Shown piece by piece: positions 37,970 through 50,671 of a DNA stretch of 64,000 bases (position 1 is the first letter of the stretch; each line of letters begins with the position of its first letter). The notes beneath the pieces are model-generated. The model did no database searches and was not told the origin of the DNA. It saw only the letters and a program-made list of their open reading frames with translations. A program made the position numbers and the translations under genes. The stretch lies in assembly GCA_030704615.1 (NCBI GenBank), contig CM060734.1, forward strand, positions 27,280,001 through 27,344,000, written 5' to 3'. This DNA comes from Takakia lepidozioides. Taxonomy: Eukaryota > Plantae > Bryophyta.

Positions 37970-38984
37970 ATGACATCGAAGCCAAAAGAGATGTTTGTTT
38001 TGTTCCCCCCGGATGCCCTCTCACGCAAGGCTGGCACTATATGTTTTGCAGGGACCACAGGGAGTGGCACTGGGGTCGAATGTGAAGAAGGTGGGTCCTG
38101 CGCCAAGGACCATAGTGCTACGGCGCCAGCATTCCGGATCTGTCCCCCGGCATGAGGAGGCAGCGCCCAAGGTATGGTTGTTCCCAGCCCCTCTCCGCAA
38201 ACTTACTTGGTTGGTTTCCTTTATGGATACACTTCCTGAAGCGTTGCAATGTGTATTCATTGCAGGTGAGCAAGAGGAGTGGGTTGTCCCCGGCACCATC
38301 ATCGCAGCAGGACGTGGTTCCCCAGGCATGCATTCATGGCTCCTTGCTTTGCCTGGTTTCTAGTAGGGTTATTTTTGCCACCAGGAAGTTGTAGTGTGCA
38401 GGGTCTGAGCAGGGTGTTTGTTAGCTTGCTCCGTGGAGGTGTGTTTATACCATTGCAGCCACCAGAGTTTCTTATCCGTCTAACTAAACCTCTTTTTGTT
38501 GCTGCAGTTGAAGACACGTGGGCAGCTTTCCTCAGTTGCCACCCTCAGCGACGAGCCTCGCTTCAAGGTACGGTGGTACACCGTAAATTTGCTGCTGATT
38601 CAGTATCGTGGCAACCAAGATCGTTTCCATGCCCAGCTGCGCTTGACTTTCACCCTGTCATTGCTATGTTTATTGCTGAGAAGACCCTGATGTTGGTGTC
38701 TGCAGATATCAGATCCTGTGTTTCTCCTGAACCCCAATGACAAGCGGTCAAAGACAGCCGCCGCAATGGCGGAAGTGGTGGGAATAGCCGGGGTTGACAA
38801 GTTCCACTGCAAGGACATTCGTTCCGGGTGGTACAAGGTGAAAGTCCACGAGATCATGCTTCAAGTGTTAATTGCCTTGCCCAAATGTGGACGATGCCCC
38901 CCCCCAGACCACACTAGCGCACGTGAAAGGCACGGTGACTCTGTGGCCAGAGAAGAGTATGAGGAAAGGGAAAGTATCAAGTGA
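37970..38984 (+). pseudogene. Further degenerate CACTA accessory exons (TnpA C-terminal-like)
   Basis: AMAEVVGIAGVDKFHCKDIRSGWYKVKVHEI resembles the C-terminal motif of En/Spm accessory proteins. Confidence 0.35.
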
Positions 38985-39043
38985 GATTTCATGTTTGTAG
39001 TCCCTGTTGGGTGTGTAATGATACTCATAGAAGTGAGTATGAT

Positions 39044-39764
39044 TGTCGCGGCCCTTTGCCTTGAGGGCAGGGGGTCGGGACACATGAGGGGCTGCCCCTG
39101 TAGTGGGGGCATCGGCAGCGATAGGTATGGGGGGCTGAAGCACCCTTGAGTGCCCAAGGCACTCAAGGAGGCGGAGGCGCTCACTAGGTGGAGCCCCACA
39201 CACCGGGTTGCGGTGGGGGTGGCTCCACAAGGGGTGGTGGTAGCTTAGCGGGACTTAGTGGGGGTGGCATAGGACTCACCATGGGGGCGGAGACCTCGTG
39301 GTGGGAGACGTGGGGAGCCTTGGACTCATCACGGTCCATAGGGGCGTGATGAGTGGGCCAAGACTCACCGCGACTCATCACCGGGAGTCGAGGGTTTTCG
39401 TGGTGGTTCGCCATAAAATGGCATGGCTGGTTATGAAACCCCCGCGGACAGCTACAGAAGTATATATAGGGAGTAGTAACCCCGAGAACGGTGCAAGCCC
39501 GTTGGTGACCAAAACTAGTGAGTAAGCGACGAGCCGGAAAGCGACCAAAGAGTGGGGAGCTGTTCCGGACTGCCATCTACCGAAGGGAATTCTCCTAGTC
39601 CCAAATAGGTGGAGGGTTTAGAGGAAGCGAAGGGGGACCATTATGTCCCGGTGAGCAGCCGAAGCTGCAAGTTGGCCCGGGCGGCCAGGTTGGGAGTCAG
39701 GCGCGCGCATCAAAGCGAGTATCTATGACTTGAAGGGGAGCTTACCGAAGTGAGGTGCGCGACA
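39044..39764 (+). repeat. 5' LTR
   Basis: TGTCGCG...CGCGACA; TATATATA at 39461; about 14 substitutions and 7 one-base indels versus the 3' LTR (manual count). Confidence 0.96.
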
Positions 39765-39766
39765 CT

Positions 39767-39778
39767 TGGTATCAGAGC
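39767..39778 (+). other. Primer-binding site (initiator tRNA-Met)
   Basis: TGGTATCAGAGC 2 bp after the LTR. Confidence 0.95.
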
Positions 39779-39819
39779 TTAGAGTTCAGTACGCAATCGT
39801 CCTTGGGATTGGCCTCATC

Positions 39820-42800
39820 ATGGGGTCGGGCAAGCCAAAGCGAAAGCGGAACGGCCCAAAAGATGATGATCCTGGTGAGCCCGATGGGGGCGACGTGTCA
39901 CCGAGGCGGCCGTTTGAGGAAGCGATGAATGTTTCCGAAAACGAGGCCGCTCAAGAGCGAGAGGAATCCGAGGAGTCGGAGCCCGAGGAATCCTTGAGAG
40001 CTCCGACAAACCAAGAGATGCCTCCCATGCCGGCAGCCTTTTGGGAAGGGTTGTTGGCGCAGTTTGGCGGGACGTTGAAAGACGTGTTGAAGGCGGCTAA
40101 TGCCACTTCCACTAAGGCAAAGTTTAAGGTGAAGCCTAAGGAACCCGGCACCTTCGAGGGCGTTCGAAATCGGAAGGCACTCAACACCTGGCTCCTGGAG
40201 CTAGAGCAGTACTTCCGGGCGGCCAAGTTGAGTGACGAGGATCGGGTGGAAGTGGCTCCCACCTATTTGAGGGGCTATGCTCAACAATGGTGGCAGAAAC
40301 GCCTTCACGACCGAGGCCCAAGCCCGGAAACCTTGAACTGGAGTGGGTTCAAGGAATTGATGAAGAGACAGTTTGTGCCCCTCAACGCATCCTGGCTTGC
40401 CCGGGACAAGATGAGGAATTTGAAGCAAACAGATGACATTCGGGGTATGTCCAGGCTTTCAATGTGTGTTGCTCGAAGTCGTGGGACATGGCAGAACCAG
40501 AAATGGTCTTCAACTTTGTGGCGGGACTGGCCCCATGGGCCAGGTGGAAGTTGGAAGAGAAGCCACCCAAGACTTTGAACGAGGCAATTGAGAGGGCTGA
40601 ATGTTTCTCGGATGTCCCTAGGGGTGAGAGACAAGGCCGTACGGAGCTGAACCACAAGAAGACCCGGCGGGAAGGTGACTCCTTCCGACCGGAAAAGAAG
40701 TGGGATAGGCCACGCGGCGATAATGGCACGTGGAAATCGAAGGGAGGGCCTTCACACGTCAAGGCGGCACCCGGTGCTTCGAAAGGAAAAGCGGGTGGAC
40801 GGCTTATGGCGGACAGAAGGCGACCTTTGATGGAGTGTGTTTCAATTGCGGGGAGCCCGGGCACATGGCCAAGAAGTGCACGAAGCCCCGGCAATTGAAC
40901 ATGACTCGGGCGACCACGGAGCTGTCGGAAGATACCATCAGTCGCTTGGTGGAAGCGGTGGTCGCCAGGACTTGCAAGGTAGGCAACTATTCTTGTGAGT
41001 TGTATCAGGAAACTGGCGCCCTGCGTAAAGGGAGTCAGTTATTGTTCGTGGATGGGATAATATCCGGAACTAATGTGTCGTTGTTGGTGGACACAGGAGC
41101 GTCGCACTCCTTCATGACACCGGCGGCGGCACAAAATCTGGGACTCCCGACAAGTGACGTGGGGGCCTCTATTGAGGTGCGTTCTGCCAAAGGAGAACCA
41201 CAGTTGGCGACAAGGTTGGCGTTTGATGTTCCTCTTCAACTGGGGAGTTGGGAGGGACGTGAGAACTTCACCATCTGCGAGATCGATGGAGTAGATCTCA
41301 TTTTGGGATGACCTTTTTGAGCAAATCCGGAGCGGTCATAGATGGCCGCAAGAGAGTAGTCACGCTGCCATGTGGGAATGGTGGCGAGGTCTTACGAGTG
41401 TCGGAAACGCCCAAATCCGTGGGAGGGCGAATAAACCTTCTGTCAGCAAGGGAGTGGGCCGTGGAGGAGGCACACGAACCCCAGTTTTTGCTTTACATTA
41501 GAGAAGTGAAGGGAGAAGGCGATGGGGAGCCGAGCCCAGATTGGATCAAGGGGATTTTGGAGAAATACCAGGATGTGATGCCGGAGGATTTACCAAGCGG
41601 CTTGCCACCGCGAGAGGAGTTGACCACAAGATTGAGGTGATACCGGGATCGGAACCGCCTGCCAAGGCGCCCTACCGGTTGAGCCACAGAGAGTTGGTCG
41701 AGCTGAAGACTCAGCTCAAGGATCTAATGTCAAAGAGGTACATCCGGCCGAGTAATCACCTTACGGAGCCCCGGTGCTATTCGCAGACAAGAAGGATGGG
41801 ACGCTGCGGATGTGTGTCGATTACAGGGCTCTGAATAAGGTGACTATCAAAAACCGGTACCCTTTGCCAAGGATCGACGACCTCTTCGATCGGTTGGCAG
41901 GAGCAAAGTATTTCAGCCGGATCGACTTGCGCTCCGGCTATCATCAAATTCGGGTGGCGGAAGGAGATGAGGAGAAGACCGCGTGCAGGACAAGGTATGG
42001 TTCATATGAGTTCTTGGTGATGCCTTTTGGGCTCACCAATGCACCAGCGACCTTTAGCACGCTGATGAACAGCCTTTTTCAGGAGTGGTTGGATGACTTT
42101 GTGATCGTGTACATCGACGACATCTTGGTGTACTCGAAAACAAAGGAGGAGCACCTGGAGCACCTCAAAAGGGTGTTCCAAAAGTTGCGGGAAGGGAAGC
42201 TGTACGCCAAAGCTTCAAAGTGCGAATTCGGGGTCACGAAAGTGGAGTTCTTGGGGCATGTGATTACACAGGATGGGATCAAAATGGATGACAGAAAGGT
42301 GAGGGCGATCTTGGACTGGGAGCCTCCGACTTCGGTCCCGGGAGTGCGATCCTTCCTAGGACTCGCCTCCTATTACCGGAAGTATGTGAGAAATTTCGCC
42401 AAGATCGCGGGGCCGCTGTCGGACCTTCTGTGTAAATCCAAAGTCTGGGTATGGAACACATTTTGTGGCCAAGCTTTTGCTGAATTGAAGCAGCGGATGG
42501 CGGAAGCTCCAGTCTTGAAAATCCCGGAGTTCGATCGTCCATTTGAGATTCATACAGATGCGTCGGACTTCGCGATTGGGGTGTACTTATGCAAGATGGA
42601 CGTCCAGTGGCTTACGAAAGTAAGAAACTGAATGAAGTGGAGCGACGGTGGCCTACGCACGAAAAAGAGATGAAGGCGGTGGTGCACTGTCTTGAGCTTT
42701 GGCGCCACTATGTTGGTTCCAACCCAGTGAAGGTGTTCACGGACAATGTCACGGTGAAGTATTTTGCCACGCAGCCCAAGTTGTCCCCAAAACAACTTAG

Positions 42801-44372
42801 GTGGCAAGATACTTTGGCGGTGTTCGACGTGGATATCCAGTACAAACCGGGACGAGACAACGTGGTGGCCGATGCTTTAAGTAGAAAGCAGCAGCTCTTG
42901 TTGGTGTACAAGGGCGAGACGGCGCTCCAAAGGAAGATCCGAAAGGCTTGCCGGAAGGATGAGCTGGCGAAGTCCGTGATGCAGGACTTGAGGATGGGGG
43001 TTAAATCGCAGTTCCACTTGCAAAATGGACTGCTCCGGTATAAGCAAAAACGTCTCTACGTGCCAAAGGGAGGGATCAGAGATAGCCTCTTGAGAGAATG
43101 CCATGATAGCCCGCTTGCGGGCCACGGCGGAGCCAAGCGCACTGCGGCACTCTTGAAGAAAGAGTATTTCTGGCCCAAACTGAGGGAGGAGGCAGAGGAG
43201 TATGTCAAGACATGCACCACATGCCAACAAAACCGGAGCGAGTACAAAAAGCAAGCGGGGCTGTTACAACCCTTGCCGATTCCAGAGGGGACTTGGGAAA
43301 GCGTCTCGATGGATTTCATGACTGCTATGCCGCTGTCAAAAGGATTCGATGCAATCATGGTGGTGGTGGTGGATAGGTTCAGTAAAATGGGCCATTTCAT
43401 CCCCACCAAGGAGACGGCAACGGCGCAGGAGACAGGGCGACTTTACTTCGCCCACGTCTTAAAGCATCATGGAGTCCCGAAGGATATTGTCTCGGATCGC
43501 GATCCAAAGTTTACGAGTAAATTTTGGAGGACACTTTATGGGGACGAGGCTGAAGATGAGCACCGCCTTCCGACCTACGACCGACGGCCAAACAGAAAGG
43601 GTGAATTCCGTAGTGAAGCAGATCCTGCGGAATTACGTGTCGGCAGACCAAACAGACTAGGTGGAACACTTAGACGCGGCAGAGTTCTGTTATAATAACA
43701 CAGAACACTCCGCAACGGGAGTTTCCCCTTTCGTATTGGTCTATATGGAAAGCACCTCTGGTGCCGACAAGTTGGGCCGCCCAGGACGTTGAGGAACTGG
43801 CAGTAGCGGCGGTACTGGAAGAACGCGAGCGTTTGTTGAAGCTCGCAAAGTACAACATTGCCAAAGCCAGGAAACGGTATGAAAGGCAGGCGAATCGGAA
43901 GCGGAGGGAAGTGAAGTTTGAGGCAGGCACAGAGGTCTGGTTGAACATCAAGAATTTCCGACTACCTCCGGAAGTGAGTCCGAAGTTCGTACCTCCGTAT
44001 GCGGGACCCTTTCGCATTCGGAAGGTTATGAATGAGGATGTGTATGAATTGGAGCTGCCGGCAAACAGCAAGGTGCACCCAGTATTCCATGTCTCACTTT
44101 TGAAGCCTTACTTCAAAGATGAAGCGCGTCCGAATCGGCATCAAGTGTTGCGTCCGTCACCTAGGCTGTTGGATCATGAAAATGAACCTGAGTACGAGGT
44201 GGAGGCAATACTTAAGTCGAGGAGGTTCAAGAACCGAGAAACAGAGTATCTCGTCAAATGGAAGGGCTATCATCATGTGGAGGCATCTTGGGTGCGTGCC
44301 TCAGAAATGGGAAATGCATCCGAGGCGGTTGCAGCTTTCGAAGGGCGACCTCAAAAGTGGAAGAAACGTTGA
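39820..44372 (+). pseudogene. gag-pol polyprotein with chromodomain (several frameshifts, one in-frame stop)
   Basis: gag PGTFEG..WL..LEQYF, zinc knuckle CFNCGEPGHMAKKC, protease [22 protein letters not shown] / MPFGLTNAP / YIDD, RNase H HTDASD, integrase HHCC plus SMDF/SDRD/TER, GPF motif, chromodomain YEVEAIL...YLVKWKGY...SW. Confidence 0.95.
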
Positions 44373-45276
44373 TGGGGACATCAACCTTGGAGCGTGGGGG
44401 AGGAAATGCATGCTTAGCCCGGCTTAGCTAGCTTAGGAATCCGATTACAAAAACTTGTATTGTACAAAAATTTGTTATAAAGGAAATGGGTTCCAAATGT
44501 TGTGCGTCCTATTTTGTTTGGAATGGTGATGCATGGTATGGTTGGCTAGTGTGTAGAATGCATGCTAGCTTATAAAAGTGGGAGAGGTAAATTGGGTTAA
44601 TCGTGTGTTTGCGTAGTGCCGAAATCGGGTGACCCCCATCCAAGGGGCAAGGAAACTTGCCACTTCTTTGGGAGTTCACGTGCTAGTGCGCACCTGGCGC
44701 GTGCGCGTACTATAACTGCGCTACCGAGGGGGTTGCCTTGTAGTGCAGGCTAACGCGGAAGCTACGTGCTTCCGTTCACGTACTATAATCGTGTAGCCTC
44801 GGGACGAAGTCGTAGTGCGGCTTCGGCGTGTTCCCGTACCTCAGGCCAGTATTCCAAGGCGGACCCAATTGTAGTGATTGGGGCGCACGGTTGGTTCAAG
44901 GTTATCTTCCTAGTCAAAGAGGGTTCCAGGGAACCCTTGCTCAAGGTGATGCCAAAAGTGGCATCATGAGCGATCGCAAGCAATGTTGTTGCAGTAAGGC
45001 GATTCGATCCTCGGGAGGATCGTTCCTTGGCCTTGAAGTAGGCCAAGAAGAGTGCACTGGGAGGAGCTGGAGAGGCTCCACCCTTGGCCGGGACTTGGAG
45101 GAAGTCGGCCGAACTAGCTAGTGGAGAGTAGAGTCAAGTGTGGGGTTTGGTTCTTTGCCATGGGACGCCATGGTGCGGAAACAAACTCCTTGATGTGGGA
45201 CGTCACAACTTGGATGTTTGTTTCTACAAAATGGACAAGTCGATGAGGACATCGACTCCCTGTTGGTAGGGGTGTG

Positions 45277-46004
45277 TGTCGCGGCCCTTTGCCTTGAGGG
45301 CAGGGGGTCGGGACACATGAGGGGCTGCCCCTGTAGTGGGGGCATCGGCAGCGATAGGTATGGGGGGCTGAAGCACCCTTGAGTGCCCAAGGCACTCAAG
45401 GAGGCGGAGGCGCTCACTAGGTGGAGCCCCGCACACCGGGTTGCGGTGGGGGTGGCTCCACAAGGGGTGGTGGTAGCTTAGCGGGACTTAGTGGGGGCGG
45501 CATAGGACTCACCATGGGGGCGGAGACCTCGTGGTGGGAGTCGTGGGGAGTCTTGGGACTCATCACGGTCCATAGGGGCCGTGGTGAGTGGGCCATGACT
45601 CACCGCGACTCATCACCGGGAGTCGAGGGTTTTCGTGGTGGTTCGCCATAAAATGGCATGGCTGGTTGTGAAACCCCCGCGGACAGCTACAGAAGTATAT
45701 ATAAGGGCAGTAGTGACCCCGAGAACGGTGCAAGCCCGTTGGTGACCAAAAACTAGTGAGTAAGCGAGCGAGCCGGAAAGCGACCAAAGAGTGGGGAGCT
45801 GTTCCGGACTGCCATCTACCAAAGGGAATTCTCCTAGTCCCAAATAGGTGGAGGGTTTAGAGGGAAGCGAAGGGGGACCGTTATGTCCCGGTGAGCAGCC
45901 GAAGCTCCAAATTGGCCCGGGCGGCCAGGTTGGGAGTCAGGCGCACGCATCAAAGCGAGTATCTATGACTTGAAGGGGAGCTTACCGAAGTGAAGTGCGC
46001 GACA
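45277..46004 (+). repeat. 3' LTR
   Basis: Direct repeat of 39044-39764. Confidence 0.96.
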
Positions 46005-48488
46005 CTGCACGTATCTAACTGCTGTTGTAAAGCCTCCATGGGCTTTGCATGAGGTTCAACGAGGGCTGCATAGGCAACAGTCAGATTATTGGCTTCCTTC
46101 CGAGACTTGGTAGTCACAGAAAGATCATTTTTTCGTGATGTGAGCATTTGCTGCAACTCAAGGATGTACTTGTCCTTCTCAGCCTCAACCTGACTGTACT
46201 GTTGGAAAGTATCCTCATTGCAACGGATAGTAGCCTTCAAGTCAGCAATGAGTTTCCCTTGCTCCATTGTCTCAGCCTCCACCATCATACACCTCTCTGC
46301 TTGTCTGTTAAGTTCTAATGCAGTTTGCTCGAGAGCAGTCGTTAGTGTGGCACATTGGATGGTCATTTTCTGATGAACTGCCTCCAACTCTGTATGAAGC
46401 ACCTTCACTTCCTACAATTTTCCCTCATGCTTCACCTGCAACTAGTATAGCTGTTGCTTATGTACTTCATGCAACTTCTCCTGCTCCAGACCCGCTTCAA
46501 TCAGATTCCCCTTTGCTAGCTGCAGGGCAGCCTTCGTGTCATCCAACTTTTTTTGCAACTTGAGGTTGGCCTCCAGATCCACCTTATTTGCACACTCTAT
46601 GGCAATTCTTGCCTCGAATTCTTGCTTGAGCTCCTCCCTCAAAGCTGTCAATTGTGTGGATGAAACATGGGATTTCACATAAGTGCCCAACAAATTGAGT
46701 GTCATGCTTATGGAACTCATAAGCATGGCCTGCTGTGGGTCTTCATGGGAAACTTGTTGATGGTCCCCCTGATTCTCCACAGTGTGATGTTTCACAAACC
46801 ATTCAGGCCATGTTCCCACAAGATCTTCTTCCTGAACGACCTCATTCTCCACAGGTGCTGCAGTGCCCTTACATTCTACCCCTGGAACCTCCGCCACAGG
46901 TTCGGGCATCACATGCACAGCAGGGATTTCCTTGGTCAAACTCTGCATCTTTGGTACCACTAGTTCCCTGACCAAACCAGAGTTTTCATAGAGAAGGTCA
47001 CCCTTCTCAATTTCTGCCACTACCTGCTCTGTAGTGGGGATGTCTAACCCTTCTCCTTCCACAGCAATAGGCTCTGGTGTAACAGCATGTACTATCTGAG
47101 TTACCCCTAGGACAACTGAGTCAACTGACTGTGGTGGCTGTGGTACTGAGGTGACTTCTTCCTCCCTCTCCAAAGGCCGTGCTTCCAACAATAACAGCCC
47201 TCTGTGCTGTTGTTCCCCATCCTGCACAAGAGCTATGGAAACATCATCTTGCGGTTTCCTTGAAGCTAGTGGATCTGCCACTACAGTCGTATCCCGCTTT
47301 TGTCTCTTAGACTGGTGCTGCCCCTCCAATCCCCCTTCACCTTGTGACGAGTCCTGCTTCTCAATTGCAGTTGTGGCTGTCTCAAACACTCTCATCTCCT
47401 TGCGTTCTCGCGCATCAAGTAAACAAGAATCAATGATAATTTGCGCAATTATTGGGCCAGACACAATTATCGGAGACTTAGCAGCAGTGCCTTGTAACCG
47501 CTTCATCTCTTCCACTAGACCATTGTACATCAACTCCGCCCAAGCCACATCCTCTCCCCTCAAGGCATTCAGTATCTCCTCCGTGAATGATCTGCTAAGG
47601 TATTGTTGGTTCTACTTCATGGCAAACAGAACGTTCAGTATTTGGCCAACTTCCCTTAACCCTCGGTACTCGGCCATGGTGCAGGTGTATCCTTGAGTCT
47701 TAAAGAAACTCGCTTCTTGGAACAAATTCCCTATTTGCAATCTTGTCTTGTGTTCATCAACATTCACATGCCCAGATGGCAATTCAAACAGTTGCTGCAA
47801 GTACTAGGGAGTAATCTCTATATCTACTCCCCTCACCTATGTAACTCTTGTCCGAGGCTCAAAGTTCTAAATGAATTGAATCATGAACTTCCGATGATGC
47901 AAAGACCATTCCTTGCGTAGTAGCCCTTCCAATTACAACTCCTTCAGCAGCTGCACTGCTTGTGGTGTAGCAATTGTTTGCTTCTGCAGAATCGTGGTGC
48001 TCTTCACCCTGATATCCTCCATTCCCCTAATTCTCTTCATCCCAGACAAACAAGAAGGCCTTGTTTGGAATAGTTGTAGGAAAGCTTGCAGGGCATAGAG
48101 CATAAAGGTATGGTTGGCACAGAAAGGAACAGGTAAATGAGTGTAAGCCTGTGGGGCTTGCAGATAGTGAGTGAGAGAGAATGTCCTTTCAACCCGTCCG
48201 TCCTTGCGCCACTGCGTAAGAAGTAAAGCTAGCGTGTAGTCTGTAATATCCACCATAGCTACAAAGCTATAGCTTTGATTGCCCCTCCCGTCGAGACGCT
48301 GATTATTCGGAGCAACCCCGACTCTTCCGCTCATAACTTTTCTAATTTCTTGCTCTTGTTTCTTGGAGGGAATCACCTGCATGAAATTCTCCCTCCTAAT
48401 TGGTTGTTGCCTCCTCGGATAACTTCTAAATTTTTCCCCCATCTGCTCACATTCCCACCTGGAATGTCCACTATGACCAAGTGCACAC
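46005..48488 (-). pseudogene. Retrotransposon-type accessory ORF remnant (coiled-coil C-terminus), truncated at both ends
   Basis: Collinear ORFs 47933-48502 (partial knuckle C...GHSRWEC), 47612-47800 and 46442-47563 (DVAWAELMYNGLVEEM) and 45950-46408 (heptad-rich). Confidence 0.45.
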
Positions 48489-48580
48489 GTCAGTGACGTC
48501 ACGTCAGTGACGTCACGTCAGTGACGTCACGTCACGTCGGACCTGACGCTGACGCGACCAACGTCACGTCAGTTTTGCCG
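48488..48580. repeat. ACGT/TGACGTCA-rich block, related in inverted orientation to 18336-18420
   Basis: (cgtcagtgacgtca)x3 followed by cgtcggacctgacgctgacgcg. Confidence 0.8.
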
Positions 48581-48734
48581 GAAAATCAGTAAAACATGAG
48601 TTAGGTGAAAAATATGTCACGTAGGTGGACACGTTGTATTCCAAGCGACACCTTGACAAGTGAATGAATTGTTTATTAAATTACTCCATCCGCCAATAGT
48701 TGAGGTCATTTTTAAATCATTATTGTTAAATTGG

Positions 48735-49457
48735 TGCGACCTCCAAATGGTGGTGGTCGCAGAATTTATCTTATTTTCTAATAGTTGCGACCACCAGCAA
48801 AGGGGTTGTCGCAACATTTTTTGTTTTTTAAAAATAGATGCGACCACCAGCAGGGGTGGTCGCATTTTTTTCTTTTCTTAAACAGTTGCGACCACCGCTA
48901 CTGGTGGTCGCACAATTTTTATTTTATTTGTAATAGGTGCGACCACCATCAGGGGGGTGGTCGCAACATTTTTCTATTTTTTAATATCTGCGACCACCAG
49001 CATGGGGGTGATCGCAACATTTTTTTGTTTTTTTAATAGGTGAGACCACCATCAGGGGGGTGGTCGCAACATTTTTCTATTTTTTAATATCTGCGACCAC
49101 CAGCATGGGGGTGGTCGCAACATTTTTCTGTTTTTTTAATAGGTGCGACCACCAGCAAGGGGGTGGTCGCAGAATTTTATTTTATTTTTGTTTGTAAAAA
49201 ATATTCTCTGTGACCACGAGCATGGGGGTGGTCGCAGCATTTTTTTTTTTAATAGGTGCGACCACCAGCATGGGGGTGGTTGCAAAAAAATTCTATTTGT
49301 TTAATAGGTGCGACCACCAGCAGGGGGGTGGTCGCAACAATTTATTTTTATTTAAAATAATAATAATAATCTCTGTGACCACGAGCATGGGGGTGGTCGC
49401 AGCATTTTTTTTAAAAAAAAACATGCGACTTCCTCGTGCGACCTGGAGCAATCGCAG
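48735..49457. repeat. Hairpin array 3 (same unit)
   Basis: About 14 TGCGACCACC...GGTGGTCGCA units. Confidence 0.92.
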
Positions 49458-49503
49458 CATTGGATCTGATTTGTCGAGCGTGTGAGGCTTGGAGGCTGGA
49501 GGG

Positions 49504-49512
49504 TATATAAGG
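49504..49512 (+). promoter_or_regulatory. Putative TATA box of the hAT transposase
   Basis: TATATAAGG ~47 bp after array 3, the same 9-mer as at 19080. Confidence 0.5.
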
Positions 49513-49798
49513 TGGTCCCAATGCCCCTCACTTCTTTTGTGGCAAACACTTTCGTGGCGAGTGAATGTTCTCTATTCCTTGAGCAAGAGTGTAAGCCCAA
49601 GAGGAGGGTGCGGACTTTTTGCTGTTGTGGCTTCCACCACAACCACTGCAGCAAATTGTCGAAAAGCACAATACTACATGGTGCATTGATCCACTTGGAT
49701 TGATGCCGTAGTGTTGGGCCATCGCATTCTGTTCAAACTTCTATTGTTCTTGATAAATCTACCAAGTACACTAGTGTTCTTCGTTCAACCTTAAGTCT

Positions 49799-50671
49799 GT
49801 GGTTAGGGTTTTGGATGTGAAGATGAGGGAGGAGTGGATCCCCTGGTTCACCATAGACCCGCACAAAAAGGACGGTGTTCAATGCAATCTTTGTGCATTG
49901 AAGCTGGCGGGTCGTAAAGATCGCATGTTATATCATCTCGGCTACAGAGATGGGAAGAATGCAGAGGTTAGTTTGTGCCCAAAAGCCTCCATGTGAGTGA
50001 AAGCCCACTTTGCCCAATGTGGAGGCAATATCCCACCGTCTTTTGATGTGGCCGCGGCTTCTGAGCCAAACACTCTAGGTTCGAATCAAACTGTCCCTCA
50101 GAGTTGTACCCAGGGGGATTCTTGCGAGGCGTCTACTGTTCGTGGAGAAGCCGGTGGGTCAGGAGCAACACCCGATTGTACGCAAGCACTTGTACGGACC
50201 AGACCATTGAGGCAACAATCAATGCAAGAAGGCTTAAATTTGTCGCACATGAGGACTCTGGATAAGAAGTGGGCCCAATTTTTCTACGAGGCCAATATTC
50301 CGTTCAATGTCTCGAGGCTTCCTGCGTTTGTGGCTGCTGTCAAAGCCACGTCCGATTCCAAGTCCACATACACACCTCCAAGTTATCGCGATCTCCGCAC
50401 ATGATTGCTAGAAGAGGCCATGTCTGACCTCACCCAAAAGGTGAATGAAAAAGACAGGTGATTCTCTCCGGAAATATGGAAGCACTATATGTGCGGACGG
50501 TTGGAGTTCTGTTACTACTCGACCACTGTTCAATGTCATGCTGGTCTGTCCTGCGGGGGAACAATTTTTGGGATCCGTTGACACAAGCGGGGAGAGAAAA
50601 GATGCACGTTATCAAGCAGGGTTGTTGACGAGTTACATCGATAAAATTGGAGCTGATAAAATTGTCCAAGT
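49799..50671 (+). pseudogene. hAT transposase N-terminal part (BED-like finger, DUF659-type region)
   Basis: VQCNLC..RMLYHL, FFYEANIPFNV, YTPPSY, GSTICADGWS..RPLFNVM, ending in KIVQV. Confidence 0.92.

Larger units (their letters stand above)
39044..46004 (+). mobile_element. Ty3/gypsy chromovirus LTR retrotransposon, near full length
   Basis: Two ~720-bp TG...CA LTRs, tRNA-iMet PBS, domain order gag-PR-RT-RH-IN-chromo; flanks ATGAT and CTGCA do not match. Confidence 0.96.

Noticed and set aside
18571-49457. Hairpin arrays as CRISPR arrays
   Set aside because: Spacers are low-complexity T-rich and related to each other, there are no cas genes, and the context is a eukaryotic TE
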